DNA of 63,883 nucleotides, filler included, from Octopus bimaculoides (lineage: Eukaryota), in NCBI RefSeq assembly GCF_001194135.2. It is 9 parts of 9 records of this genome, joined end to end, with 100 filler letters (N's around TTAATTAATTAA, not from the genome) between each part and the next. Parts side by side here need not be neighbours in the genome. Positions count along the whole stretch, not along the records: positions 1 to 28,762 come from NC_068982.1; 8 more parts are not named here. One strand, written 5' to 3'. The notes under the pieces are model-generated. The model ran no database searches, was not told the origin of the DNA, and was given only the letters and a program-made list of their open reading frames with translations. Shown in pieces: positions 12,905-25,635 of the stretch; positions within the stretch are counted from its first letter, which is position 1; each line of letters starts with the position of its first letter. Both the position numbers and the translations under genes were made by a program.

Positions 12905-14943
12905 GCCGCTGCTGCTGCGGTTGCCGCCGCGTCTGCTGCTAGTGCTGTTGCTGCTGCGCTGCTGTTAGTGCTGCTTCTTGAACTGCTTATGATGATGAAT
13001 ACACCAACAAGAAGAAAAATAAGTGTTACTCATGCTTATAACAAATATTGGCACAAGGCCGGCAATTTGAACGGATGGCCTTAATCGATAGTATATACCC
13101 CAATACTAGACTGAAACTTTACTTTATTGACTCCGGATGTATGAAAGGAAACCTAACCTCGGCAATATGTAAAATCAAAGCGTAAAGGAAAACGGAACAA
13201 ATACTACCAGATAGTATTTCCGACTCTATATCATAATAATCATGAATGATTATAATATTTTCCTTTTTACTATTCCCTCTTTGTTCTAGGTTCAAGGTCA
13301 TATGATTACGTAGTCTCTCAGTGTTTTAAGCGTTTGACTGGTATTATATGTTCAAGATACAGAGATAATGAATGCTATAGATAAACACGGAGTCTTTTTT
13401 TTTTTTCAATTCTGAACATAAAGTGAAACAAGAAATGCAAATAGCATGTTCTCGAAGCTCTGACAGAAAATAATGTAGGTGATAATGACGGTAACAATGA
13501 AGTGTATGGTGAAAGTGGTAACTGTATGCAAAGTGGATGCGATGACACTGCTGCTGTTGATGATGATGAGGATTATGGTCGTGATGGGATTTGATTTTAT
13601 TTGTCCTAAATGTTTATCGAAGAAAACATTACAAAGTGAATTACCTATAGAAAGGTTTACATTTTAGAAAAACCGGATAAACTTTATAAAAATGTGTCTG
13701 TGAAAATAAAGGAACAGAAATAAAATGTTATAAGAATGGCTTTGAAGACAGGGAGTTGTTTTGATAGAGGAAATCTCCGGTTACGACAAATGAAGGGAAC
13801 GAAGAAACGAAACACTTCTGTGCTCATGTTCAATTATCATCTTTCAACTGTTGTTCTCTGATCAATATGCCCGGTCTATTTCTGCTCCTCGCTATCCTTT
13901 TGAGAAAATAACTAAAGGAAATGCTCTCTGAACTCTGATCTTCCTTTTCATCTCAAAAGTGATATAGTTAAAGTGAGATTCACCAAAGAGTATAATGCCG
14001 GTTTGTAATTCATTCAGCATTGTCTACAAAACAATCTCTATCGAAATAGCTACCAGGCACAAGAAATCTAACTCGCTTGCCTGATATAAAGAGGGTGGCT
14101 AATCAAGTTTCGTGGTCGGTAGCTGGATCTTCCCAACATACAGTAATAGATGTTCGACGAGTTAGAAATATCTGTGGATGCCGCAGCCTTTCTTCTATAT
14201 CACCAGGCAAACTATGCTGAACCCCGCAATGTAGATTTTTATTGCAGGGAAATGATGCTTACTATTTAAGCAACTTCCTTTCATAAACAGCCCACTCATC
14301 CATCGAAATTAAATAGAAGAATGTAATGCTTGAATCTGAGTGCAATATTGTGAAGCATTGTTTTGTATAGCAGCTTACTAGTGAATAATTTCAATTGTAA
14401 TTTTGGGGATCTTCTAGCAGTCGAGGAAGAACAAGTGATATATCCATTTATGATAAAATTACTTCGTTGGCGTTACACAAACAACATGATGCTACAAAAA
14501 ACATTTCAAATTCCGAAGGCCTAATCCTCTAACTCTCCTTCCCAAATGGATAACTCTGTATGTTAATAATTATTCTCTATAAATGATATTTAGAGTCAAT
14601 ATTGAGATCAAAACACTTTTGGAAGCATACATTCAGCGGAAGACGAATATCAGCACAATAGTCATAAATGATGTATCGAGGCACGTCTCATTCACTTGAT
14701 GCTAAAGTCAAATCCGCCCCGTCATGGTTGTTAATGGGCATCAAGGGTGCGACATTTGCAGAATTTCCTGAAAGATCAATATCTATGTTCTATGTTTGTA
14801 TGTAACGTCTTTCTATAGCCATTCACTTTTCAGGAGGTGCGTATCCATGCCAAGAAAAATAAAAAAAGAAGAGAAAAGCAAAGCACGGACGAAGGCTAAC
14901 TTTATGTCATCTGGAATATCCCACGTTACTCACTACTACATAC

Positions 14944-15080
14944 GGTTTAAAGGAAAGTGTTGACGAAAGTTCCATATTATCATTATAGAATACACAAGTG
15001 GTTGGAAAGAGCGACGGTGTCTTCGGGAAAATGTAAGGTGTAGAATTAGAGGAAATCATTAGGTTCTTCGGAAGCACATT
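14944..15080 (-). CDS. Candidate internal exon, 137 nt, phase 0 to 2
   Basis: ttttggtttttccgaaccag acceptor and CC|gtatgt donor. Only one frame is open: NVLPKNLMISSNSTPYIFPKTPSLFPTTCVFYNDNMELSSTLSFK. No homology recognised. Confidence 0.2.
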
Positions 15081-15811
15081 CTGGTTCGGAAAAACCAAAA
15101 TATAACTTCCAGAAATTACTAACTTGCTACTCCTCACTTTTTGAAGCAAATATCTAAGACAGAAACAGTAATCACATAGTGATAACTGTTCATATATATA
15201 TATATATATATATACATATACAAACTCACAGACACATGCACACACGCCCGCACCCACACACTGACAGACATACGCACGCACTTTTGTGTATGCATATGTA
15301 TATAATGAGTGCCCACACATATGTGTGTGTGCATAAATGTATCTGCATTCAAGCATAAATGCACAAGGAAACTTTGAATTAAATGCAATCCCTATATAAA
15401 TAGGCGCCTTGGAAATGATGTGTAATATCGGCAGCAGGAACGTAACCGTCACCCCATGTAGCTTGCACATACATTCAACATTCAGGCACTAATTGAAATT
15501 GTGGGGATTGTGCACATATTTACAATACAATATATAACGCACAATAAATGTACAAGCCACTATAAAAAAAAAACCCAGCAATTACAACATTAACAAAAAC
15601 AATATCAACCACAATAATAATAAAAATCATCATCATAATAATAATATACTGATAAGTAGGGGAGCAAGAAGGAAAAAGGATGAAAAGTTCAGTCTACTAT
15701 TGGCGGATGGCCATGGCATTTTTTGAAGCCATCCTAATGATACATTCTAGAATTGGCATAAGACCATAACGTTTTGGAAGCCACAGTAATTCGTAGCTGC
15801 TGCAGCTATTC

Positions 15812-15877
<66 letters not shown>

Positions 15878-16380
15878 GTAAAAGATGTAAGAAAGCAGTC
15901 ACTACATTTTGCCAAGTACGTTTTCTGCTCACAATATGGCCTGCTATGTGACCTTTTTGATTACGACATAAAAGGTAACTGTCAATAATATCCGCAGCAT
16001 CAGAATTCTCAGAATAAATTCGTTTAGAATCAGAAAACTTAATCTCTTAATGTGAATCGCAGCAGAAACGAACATATTGATGACATATAATCCCAGCGTT
16101 GTGTTTAACCTTAAAGACACGGCTTTGCGTGGGCAATATTCTCAAGGACTGATGCCTAATGCAACAGTAAAGGATTACGTGTGAACTGATCTGAATACAG
16201 AGATTGAGCTTGAATGTGCATGCAGAAGAAAAAGTATTCTAAATAAACGAACACACGAAAAGGGGGTGGCGAAAACTGCTTCATAAATTATGTTCTATAA
16301 ATCTGATGGAACTCGCCTGTAATTTTCTTCAATGTCCCTCACATGAGAGGTACGAAATGAACTCACATATATTTTAGTCT

Positions 16381-16548
16381 TCATGTGTTTTGCAGCGGAG
16401 TCTGAATATTATCTGAGAATTTGTAAATTAAATTCTTCTTCAAATTTACAATCGTTTGTAACACAACACGCGGCAAATTCTGTCAAGAAAATGCTATTCC
16501 GTATGAAGTCCCAACAATGTTTATGAGATCTTGTTTTCAATGTTTCTG
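16381..16548 (-). pseudogene. Disrupted paralog of the coding segment at 17265-17423
   Basis: QKH*KQDLINIVGTSYGIAFS*QNL-(14 nt insertion)-NDCKFEEEFNLQIL-(+1 nt)-DNIQTPLQNT* aligns to the plus-strand segment at about 21 of 47 identical residues (hand alignment). Confidence 0.4.
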
Positions 16549-17264
16549 GTGTGCAACAGCCATAAAGCATACAAACATGTCTGCGGTAAGTATTCGTGTA
16601 CATCAAATATGAAGTGGTACATCCCCTATTCCTCTGTATATACTTCAAAATTTCTTTCAGAATTTTTGTGAGAGTTGATTGACTTATTCTTTTAGCTTCA
16701 TACTGTTAAAAAATTCCAGTGAGGGTTTGATAAATAACAGACAAACTAGTTCATGTTTGTCATTTGTATCGTCTAAATTCAACAATTTATTGTAAAAATA
16801 TTTTTTTTAACAAGCATATTTTGCCAAGCTTTTGATACCTTTCATGAAACATCTTTGGAATGCAGCAACATTTCGGTGCCACCCAATAACTAGAATGATT
16901 TCGATCAGAATTTGGTCTTTGACTTCTATAATTAAAATTTTTGTATGTTTTTTGCTCGGACCGCAAGATGCAATGTCATTTATAATGTTGTATTCCTCCA
17001 TTTCCAAAATTATTTTGTGAAGTTCGTTTCTGTAATTGCGCGTTTGGATCAACAGGTAATTCTGCATAAAATGTTTTGACATTTACAGATTATTCACAAA
17101 CTTATATGTACTCATCCTTGTCCATAATCACGATAACATTCCCTTATAACTGCTATCTTAATGACAATACAATCATTGTTATATAACGGAGTGCCTCATA
17201 TGTAATGTTCAAAGTCGTTTTTCTTTTACTTTTTTAAAGTCATCGCTAATACTTGTTTGACAAG

Positions 17265-17423
17265 ATTCAGGATCATCCAACGAAGGATTTAACAGACATA
17301 GGTATAACGCCAGAAATAATAGCACTACAACGGCGGAACTTGTGTAACGATTCTCACTTCGATGAACACTTAGAAATACGCATTTTAGAAAATATTCGAA
17401 CTCCATTACACTCTCAGTTCTGA
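17265..17423 (+). CDS. Candidate terminal coding segment of an unidentified protein
   Basis: Open frame IQDHPTKDLTDIGITPEIIALQRRNLCNDSHFDEHLEIRILENIRTPLHSQF* after a possible ttgtttgacaag acceptor. Supported by the nearby diverged paralog. Confidence 0.35.
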   Translation: MQDHPTKDLTDIGITPEIIALQRRNLCNDSHFDEHLEIRILENIRTPLHSQF

Positions 17424-17984
17424 ATGTACTTCAAGACAAATATATTTCCGATTTATTTGCAATTAGTGGCTGAAAGTAGCAACATTATATTATTCCTTTA
17501 TTTTTACATGGTCTCAGTCATAGGACTACTGCTACACACCGCCAAGTGACATAAAATTATCATTCGATAAAACCAGTTTTCTCCTCTTTTTTGTCGTTTT
17601 AAGCAGATTAATTATTTAACAACAAAGGCAAGTTGCTAAACGATTTATGCTGTTCGTGTATATTCATATTTTGAACCTAAGGAAAACATACTTACATTTG
17701 AGACATTATTCAATAAGCTCGGATAATATTTGTTATTTATTACTTATCTTACTTTCATAATCGTGTATTACCTTAGTGAAGAATTACGTCAATTTTCATG
17801 AATTAATAATAATAACAATCAAAATAATTATAATAGTTTCAAATATTGGCACAGGGCCACACTTTTTGAAGAGAAGGAAGTCGATACCAGCTGAATAATG
17901 AAACCAGCACATGATTGATAATTATTTTATCGACAACGAAAGAATGAAAGAATGACTGGCCTTATAATTGTTCGACCCGCTCAC

Positions 17985-18295
17985 ATCCTTCATAATAGAC
18001 CGGTCCAGCAAAGCTAATAAACCAGATATTGTTTTGAAGGACCGAAACGATAAAGTCTGCTTCACAATTGGCATGAGCATACCTTGTGATCATAATATCT
18101 GGGTAAAATAATTGGATAAGCTCCGAATACGTAAAAAGGTTACAATACCAGTGATTATAGGAGCACTTGGAATAGTGATAAAAAGGAACTGGAAATTATG
18201 AGGATGATCCCTGGTTTACCATCTATGCAGGAAGTGCAAAAGATTCTTTTAACTGGCATGTCAGAAGTACTAAGAAGAGCATTGTCGCCGTGAAT
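17985..18295 (+). mobile_element. R4/Dong-like LINE 3' end, REL endonuclease
   Basis: DRSSKANKPDIVLKDRNDKVCFTIGMSIPCDHNI...VTIPVIIGALG. Same family as 41945-42215. Confidence 0.85.
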
Positions 18296-18523
18296 ATTCA
18301 TTCCATTTCCCCTTTTAATTTCTTTGGTTTCTTTTTCTTTTTTCCTTCTTTCATTTTTCTATCTGTCCCTTTCCCCATTTTTTGAAGCATAGGACTTCGT
18401 AAATGATCAATCTGACGTGTTTATTTTAAAAGCCTTCCAATGTAATCAATGACTTTCTTTGCCTACGGTGTTAGAAAGACATTTGGCAAAAAAATAGAAA
18501 GAAAAGTGCAAGAAGAGGAGCTA

Positions 18524-19190
<667 letters not shown>

Positions 19191-21897
19191 ACTCAACATA
19201 GGAACATATATTCTGAAAATAGTTAGACGTGGTAACATCTCTTGGTATATACCCGAAAATTAGAAATGTGCGTACGCTTGACGAGTCTCGCTCGGTTTCA
19301 GTACGACACAAGCATCGTCAAGCCTGTAATTTTCCATTGAAATCTGTTTTTCACCCTGTATCAATGTCATATCAATTGCTTTTTGTAAATTGTTCATAAT
19401 CGTCGGCGTGAACATCCTTCAATAGAAACGACTCTCTATCTATCTCTCTCTTACAAATTACACCTTGAATGACACTTACCGTAAGCAAAGTGAGATGTAA
19501 CGTAAAAATGAAAGTTTAGAGTAATTGCATATGATGCGTACTTTCCGCAGCTATAATATTCTGGTTAGAAAACTCTGAAAAACAAAAATGAATTTTGATA
19601 ACTCAATGTCAAAATTTACATACCCCACGGTTAACGGTTTTCTGTGAATACTAAGAGCAAATGCATTTTTTCACTCGTATTAATAGACATTTCACTGAGT
19701 ATATTGGACGCCACACATCTACACACGCATATAGAAATTATGTTGAGGACATTGACAACGATGAATGTGCTACAGTTTTTCCGTTTTGATATTATTTATT
19801 ACAGTACGCCTTTTACTATATCTTTGAATGTATACGACTGATTTATATATAAAAACAGATAGAGTAACGAATTACTGTGTCTTTTAGTACCTAATGAGAG
19901 TATATATCCTAATGAGAGTATATCGATTTCATAAATGAAAGTGTTTCCATACAAGGACTTACATATCATTTTAAATTTGGATTATTATACTAAGACATTA
20001 AGCGTTGCCTTTCTCCATTTGAGTCGCTATTTTCATGCAAAGGACATAGACGCGAATGAGAAACAGTATCACTAAATAAAAATCAAAATTAATTGAAAGC
20101 ACGCTGGAAAGATCTACTAACTTAATACACATTTATAAAATTTACTACATGTTGCTAGGCGACCATTAATTATATAATTTCCATAACATCCTGGAATTCA
20201 TCAATTGATCTTTGCATCGCTTGACAGAAGAGAGAGTGCACTGTTTCCAAAGCTAAGCATTCCAGATGCACGACCTCTTTTCAACTTTGTTGTGAGTATC
20301 CCGCAAATACGCAGTTATGTATTGCATCCTCCTTCCAAAATGCAATCCACTTCAGTGTAATATACTATTTCATGATATTTCCACTTGCTTTTGATGTTTT
20401 ATCTAACTTGAGTTCCTAAACTAGCAGTTTCTATTGCCAGTTACCCAAAACTGATATAACAAAATTTATGAATGTTTGATCTAGAAAAGTTTGGAGTACG
20501 TCTTTAAATTAGTTTTGTGAACCCCCACCCACATATATGTATATACCTCCCCCATATATATATATATGTATATATATATATNNNNNNNNNNNNNNNNNNN
20601 NNNNNNNNNNNNNNNNNNNNNNNNNNNNNNNNNNNNNNNNNNNNNNNNNNNNNNNNNNNNNNNNNNNNNNNNNNNNNNNNNNNNNNTATATACACATACA
20701 TATATCTAAAATTAAATCGAGTGCTTCTTTAAATTGCAGTAGGTTTATGGTACTTGTTCTCTATGCAAGCTATCGTAGAGTGAAGATATTGCCGTACCCG
20801 AGAAATTAACCATCACGAAATGTGATTTGTATTTTACTCCTGCCGTTATATACAGGTCTGTCTTCCTTCCTCTGTCTCTCTGTATCTTATGTATATGTCT
20901 CCGTGTGTGCGTGTGTGAGTGCGCGTGTTCATGTACGTGCGTGAGTGTGTGTGAGTTAGAGAGAGAAAGGGACAGAGATGGGATGAGAAATAGATAGATA
21001 CAGAGAAAGAGACAGGGGAGTCGACACTACTTCCAATTCTCTGTCACCAAAAATAAACTTACTGGCATAAGCATTGATCAAACCTTCCTGATTTTTATAT
21101 AATTTTATATTTGAGAAAACTTGACGTCAGATCGCTGCTGTCGACTACATTCTCCTCCAGGCAATAGTATTTGGTATTTTATTTAAACTTCATTATTACT
21201 ATTACTAATAGAAATATTATTAGCTATAAAAATACAATGGACTCGCAAAAAATGAATAATATGCATTCTGATAAGGAAGCATGTATGATGTTCTATACCG
21301 TATTTCCAATACGAATGTTCTTTCTCACAACTGCGACATAGATATCTGTTTGATATCTTGACATTTAGCGTGATATTCGCTACTAATTTCGCTAAGATAT
21401 GCATGGCTGTATCATTCAGATATTCAATAAAGATTTAGGGGAGTAGATAAGCGAAATCACAAGTAGTATTAACGACTAGATATTTAACCAGAAATGAGAA
21501 CAAGTAATCTAATTCAAATAAGCCAGTTTTGGCTTCTTTATCGATCTGAGCATTTTTATTTATAAATGCATAAATCTCAACGTATAAATATATACATATA
21601 CATATATATATGTATATAAATACATACAGGCACGCACATACATACACAAATACGTTCTCTTTCTCACACACAAACCACACAAACTCACAGAAACACATAT
21701 TAAATGATTCACGGCATTCACAGGCGCCGGCAACCAGCGACCATGGTCGACCAGTTAAAGTTTGATAAAGGAGTAAAAAGCTTTCATGTAGACACATATT
21801 TTGTAGTTTAGTTAGTACAGAAAATATTAAGTCAATACACTCACACATTTTCCCATCCATTCTCTATATCTCTCACAAATGGCCGGACAGTCACAGG

Positions 21898-21942
<45 letters not shown>

Positions 21943-22469
21943 TGAGATAATCAAGTGTGTTTATATTTGAAAATATTTATGTGTATCCGTGTAAATACGC
22001 ACTTGTGTGAGTATCGATTGAAGGAAGAAATAACGACTTTGTAAATGGAAATCAATCAATTACTTTCCAATGTGAACTTAAACTTGGAGCTTACCGATCA
22101 AAGCAGTTTATAATTTCCGAGAATTATGGGATATATTACCGATGGTAGTCAAGCAACATTAAGTAAAGTGCATAAAGTGCATTACTTTGATTTACGTTTT
22201 CAATATGTTTTTATTTATATATTTATTAATATCTCCCTCCCTTTGTATTAATTATTATCTCATTTGCGTTTATGCCATCCATCTATATGTATTGGGTCTG
22301 AAGGAAAATAACAGTACTTCCAAGGTAAATTGCTCTTTGCAAGTAAAGTGCACTTGGTTGATAAATAATAGGAGAAGAAATTCAACAACAGATTTTTGAA
22401 GGGCTACTTAATCCAGTAATCCCCCAGAATAAACAGTGATACGTACGAATTTTAAAGAATATCGACCAA

Positions 22470-22506
<37 letters not shown>

Positions 22507-23094
22507 NNNNNNNNNNNNNNNNNNNNNNNNNNNNNNNNNNNNNNNNNNNNNNNNNNNNNNNNNNNNNNNNNNNNNTATATCTCAAACTAGTATTTTCAAG
22601 AAAGATATACCAGATGATATTGTCAACGGTATATTACACTAAGAAAAATCTTGGTGTGGAAGTGGCGGAAATCTTTTTCGCTACATGTAGGTTTGTTGAA
22701 AAAATGCCCAGGATAATGCAACTCCGGATTTTCAGAATTCAAACGGACGTTGTAGAGAACAACGTCTAATTCATTGTGTTCTGGGTTACACTGTAAAACA
22801 TATAAATGATATACAGGAGCAATGGAATCCTATGATATGACTTTTCATTCTAAGTACGGTCCATATATTCTCTCGATGAACGATGAATACAAACAAAAAA
22901 AAAATTAAGGTATTTTAAATGGGTGAAGGATAAAGACTTCCTTCGATCATGTTTGACAATGCGATTGAACCTACAAATTTACCCTCCGAGGCACAAGACC
23001 GCGTAAGTTGTTTTATAGAAGGCCAGCAGCAGACCATGCATACCAGCTTCCTCTCTCCACGCTAACAATGTTATCCAAGGGAAAGACGAAGTCC

Positions 23095-23250
23095 GATGCA
23101 GTTTGGCATCAGTGACATTGCAACTAATTTCTACAACTGCGTGAACTGGAGCAACGTGAAGTAAAGTGCATTACTCAATAACACAACACACAGCCCGGTC
23201 CTGGAATTGAACTCACTATCTTACGAATGTGAGCGTGAATCTCTGACTAC
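23095..23250 (-). mobile_element. tRNA-derived SINE fragment (family also at 36497 and 46225)
   Basis: Shared ACTGGAGCAAC.TGAA.T.AAGTG...CTCAAG.ACACAACAC...GGAATTGAACTCAC text, with the B-box on the minus strand. Confidence 0.6.
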
Positions 23251-23381
23251 TGAGAATGCTTCTTCACAAGGTATTTTATAGCCAGAATAAAATCATGGTA
23301 ACAAGAACAGTGAACAGCCATGCGTAAAAAAGAAAAATAATTCAGTTGCCTATTAATATATATAACCGGTGTACATCATAC

Positions 23382-23510
23382 CTGTAAAAATGGCATGGAT
23401 GTCAAAGAGCCTTTTCGAAGAGTGATCTGAAAAAGTTTCGTCCAGTTGTTGAAAAGAACAGTGCCAATCAAACAAGGAAAAGCACGTATGAAACCATAAG
23501 CGAAGCAATC
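23382..23510 (-). CDS. Candidate symmetric 129-nt exon
   Basis: tcatttacctttacag acceptor and CAG|gtatga donor. Two frames are open; phase 0 reads DCFAYGFIRAFPCLIGTVLFNNWTKLFQITLRKGSLTSMPFLQ. No homology recognised. Confidence 0.2.
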
Positions 23511-23839
23511 CTGTAAAGGTAAATGAGCTTTCTTGTGTTGTAGGAATTGGACGCATTCCTGTAGGAGTTGGACGCACATTTTATTTGCTCCATCCAAAGG
23601 TTCAAGATGTGATAGCCAACTTCAATGCAATGCTTCAAGATACGATAAGACTACAGATATATTATTCTGCAAGAAAATCAACATAACTTTTCCTAAGAAT
23701 AAACCAGCTGAGGTAAAGGATGAAGCGAATCGCTCAAATTTGAATGGTACATGGAAAACATATGACCAGAATGTATCCGTGAATGTAAAAGTTTACAACA
23801 AGCAGAAGTATCAAAAATTCAAAGACAAATTAATAGTGT

Positions 23840-24478
23840 CGCTGTGTGTTAAGTATCTTGCTTGCCAACCACATGGTTCCGGGTTCAGTCCCCCTTCGTG
23901 GCATTTTGGGCAAGTGTCTTCACCTATAGCCTCGGGCCGACCAAATCCTTGTGAGTGGATTTGGTAGACGGAAAGTGAAAGAAGCCCGTCGTATATATGT
24001 ATATATATATANNNNNNNNNNNNNNNNNNNNNNNNNNNNNNNNNNNNNNNNNNNNNNNNNNNNNNNNNNNNNNNNNNNNNNNNNNNNNNNNNNNNNNNNN
24101 NNNNNNNNNNNNNNNNNNNNNNNNNNNNNNNNNNNNNNNNNNNNNNNNNNNNNNNNNNNNNNNNNNNNNNNNNNNNNNNNNNNNNNNNNNNNNNNNNNNN
24201 NNNNNNNNNNNNNNNNNNNNNNNNNNNNNNNNNNNNNNNNNNNNNNNNNNNNNNNNNNNNNNNNNNTGTTTGTGTGTCTGTGTTTGTCCCCCTAGCATTG
24301 CTTGACAACCGATGCTGCTTTGTTTATGTCGCCGTCACTTAGCGGTTCGGCAAAATAGACCGATAGAATAAGTACTAGGCTTACAACGAATAAGTCCCGG
24401 GGTCGATTTGCTCGACAAAAGGCGGTGCTCCAGCATGACCGCAGTCAAATGACTGAAACACGTAAAACAGTAAAAGAG
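23840..24478 (+). mobile_element. tRNA-derived SINE with internal (TA)n/(TG)n tract, spanning an N-gap
   Basis: 5' half CCAACCACATGGTTCCGGGTTCAGTCCC...TTGGGCAAGTGTCTTC...GAAAGAAGCCCGTCG; 3' half resumes after the gap at 24266. Confidence 0.85.
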
Positions 24479-24970
24479 AGAGAGAGAGTGAGTTCTTCTG
24501 TTTCTACTTTCAGTAGTACAAGGAGAAGATGTCATAATCATTAAAGAACTTTGCAACGTCATGTTGAAGTTGATGACCTATAACGTAGACATTAGACTCT
24601 TTTAACCTGTTAGTAACTGTCACAACACTCTCTTGAAACGGTGACGAGCATATTTTGCGGCAGTGACATACAACGTTACATTACTATGCTCTTTATTCAT
24701 AACCTATATCATTTTTCGTCAAACATTTCCTTTTTATGTGCATATACGTATTATATGTTTAGAAATTGTTTTCATGCATAAAACACTTTGCGTTACGAGA
24801 CTTGGTTGTATGTTGAGATTTGCTGGTGTGAATTATACCGTAACGCGAGGGATTCCTGTGTATGTGTATATGTATACACACGCACACACGCGTGCACAAA
24901 CACGCGTGCACAAACACGCATATAATACATACATATATATATATATATGGTGTCTATATTNNNNNNNNNN

Positions 24971-25029
<59 letters not shown>

Positions 25030-25564
25030 CACTCATGTACGTTTATGTATGCGGGTGTCTATATCGGTCTATTAAGATCCCTCCTATCTCTCTTTCTGCA
25101 TATATATGTGTGTTAGAGACAGAGAGTGAGAAAGAAAGTGCCAGTATGTGTGCGTGTGTGCGTGCGTGTATGTGTGTGCACGTATGTGTGTGCGCGTGCT
25201 TGGATCTATGTTTGTGGGGGTGTATTACATGAGCAAATGAAAGATCGAAAGATTATAGTATAATTAATGAGTGAGAAAAAGGGGGATGAAGATGTGAAAG
25301 AGAGTATTTCCGCGCAATGAAGGTTCTGCAGTGTATTTAATATGTACTAACACGCACATGCAAAGCATATTTGCATACATGTGAAAAATTTGACAAATTA
25401 CCTGGTTTTCATTCAGAAACACCAAAAAAAAAAAAAAAAAATTCAGACAACCAATATAAATAAAAGTTTAAAAAATAATTAACCTTAACATCTACAGCAA
25501 CTACTGCAAACGCAACAAAACAACATTAATAGCATTGATAATAATAATAATAATAATAATAATA

Positions 25565-25635
<71 letters not shown>

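Noticed and set aside
13750-14800. Repeat-free block with short protein-like frames, considered as a decayed DNA transposase
   Set aside because: No diagnostic motif could be read consistently on either strand.
19270-19325. GCTTGACGAGTC...GAC...GTCAAGC hammerhead-like arrangement
   Set aside because: Both core boxes are broken (no CTGA, no GAAA on this strand); a plain 9-bp inverted repeat explains it.
23390-23830. Plus-strand frames resembling either a glycosylated exon (CDSQLQCNAS...NGTW...NVS) or a Tigger/pogo transposase (RKSTYETISEAIL, FNAS, KKINITF)
   Set aside because: No donor site before the SINE at 23840, and the transposase similarity needs several frameshifts. Neither reading is supportable without blastx.
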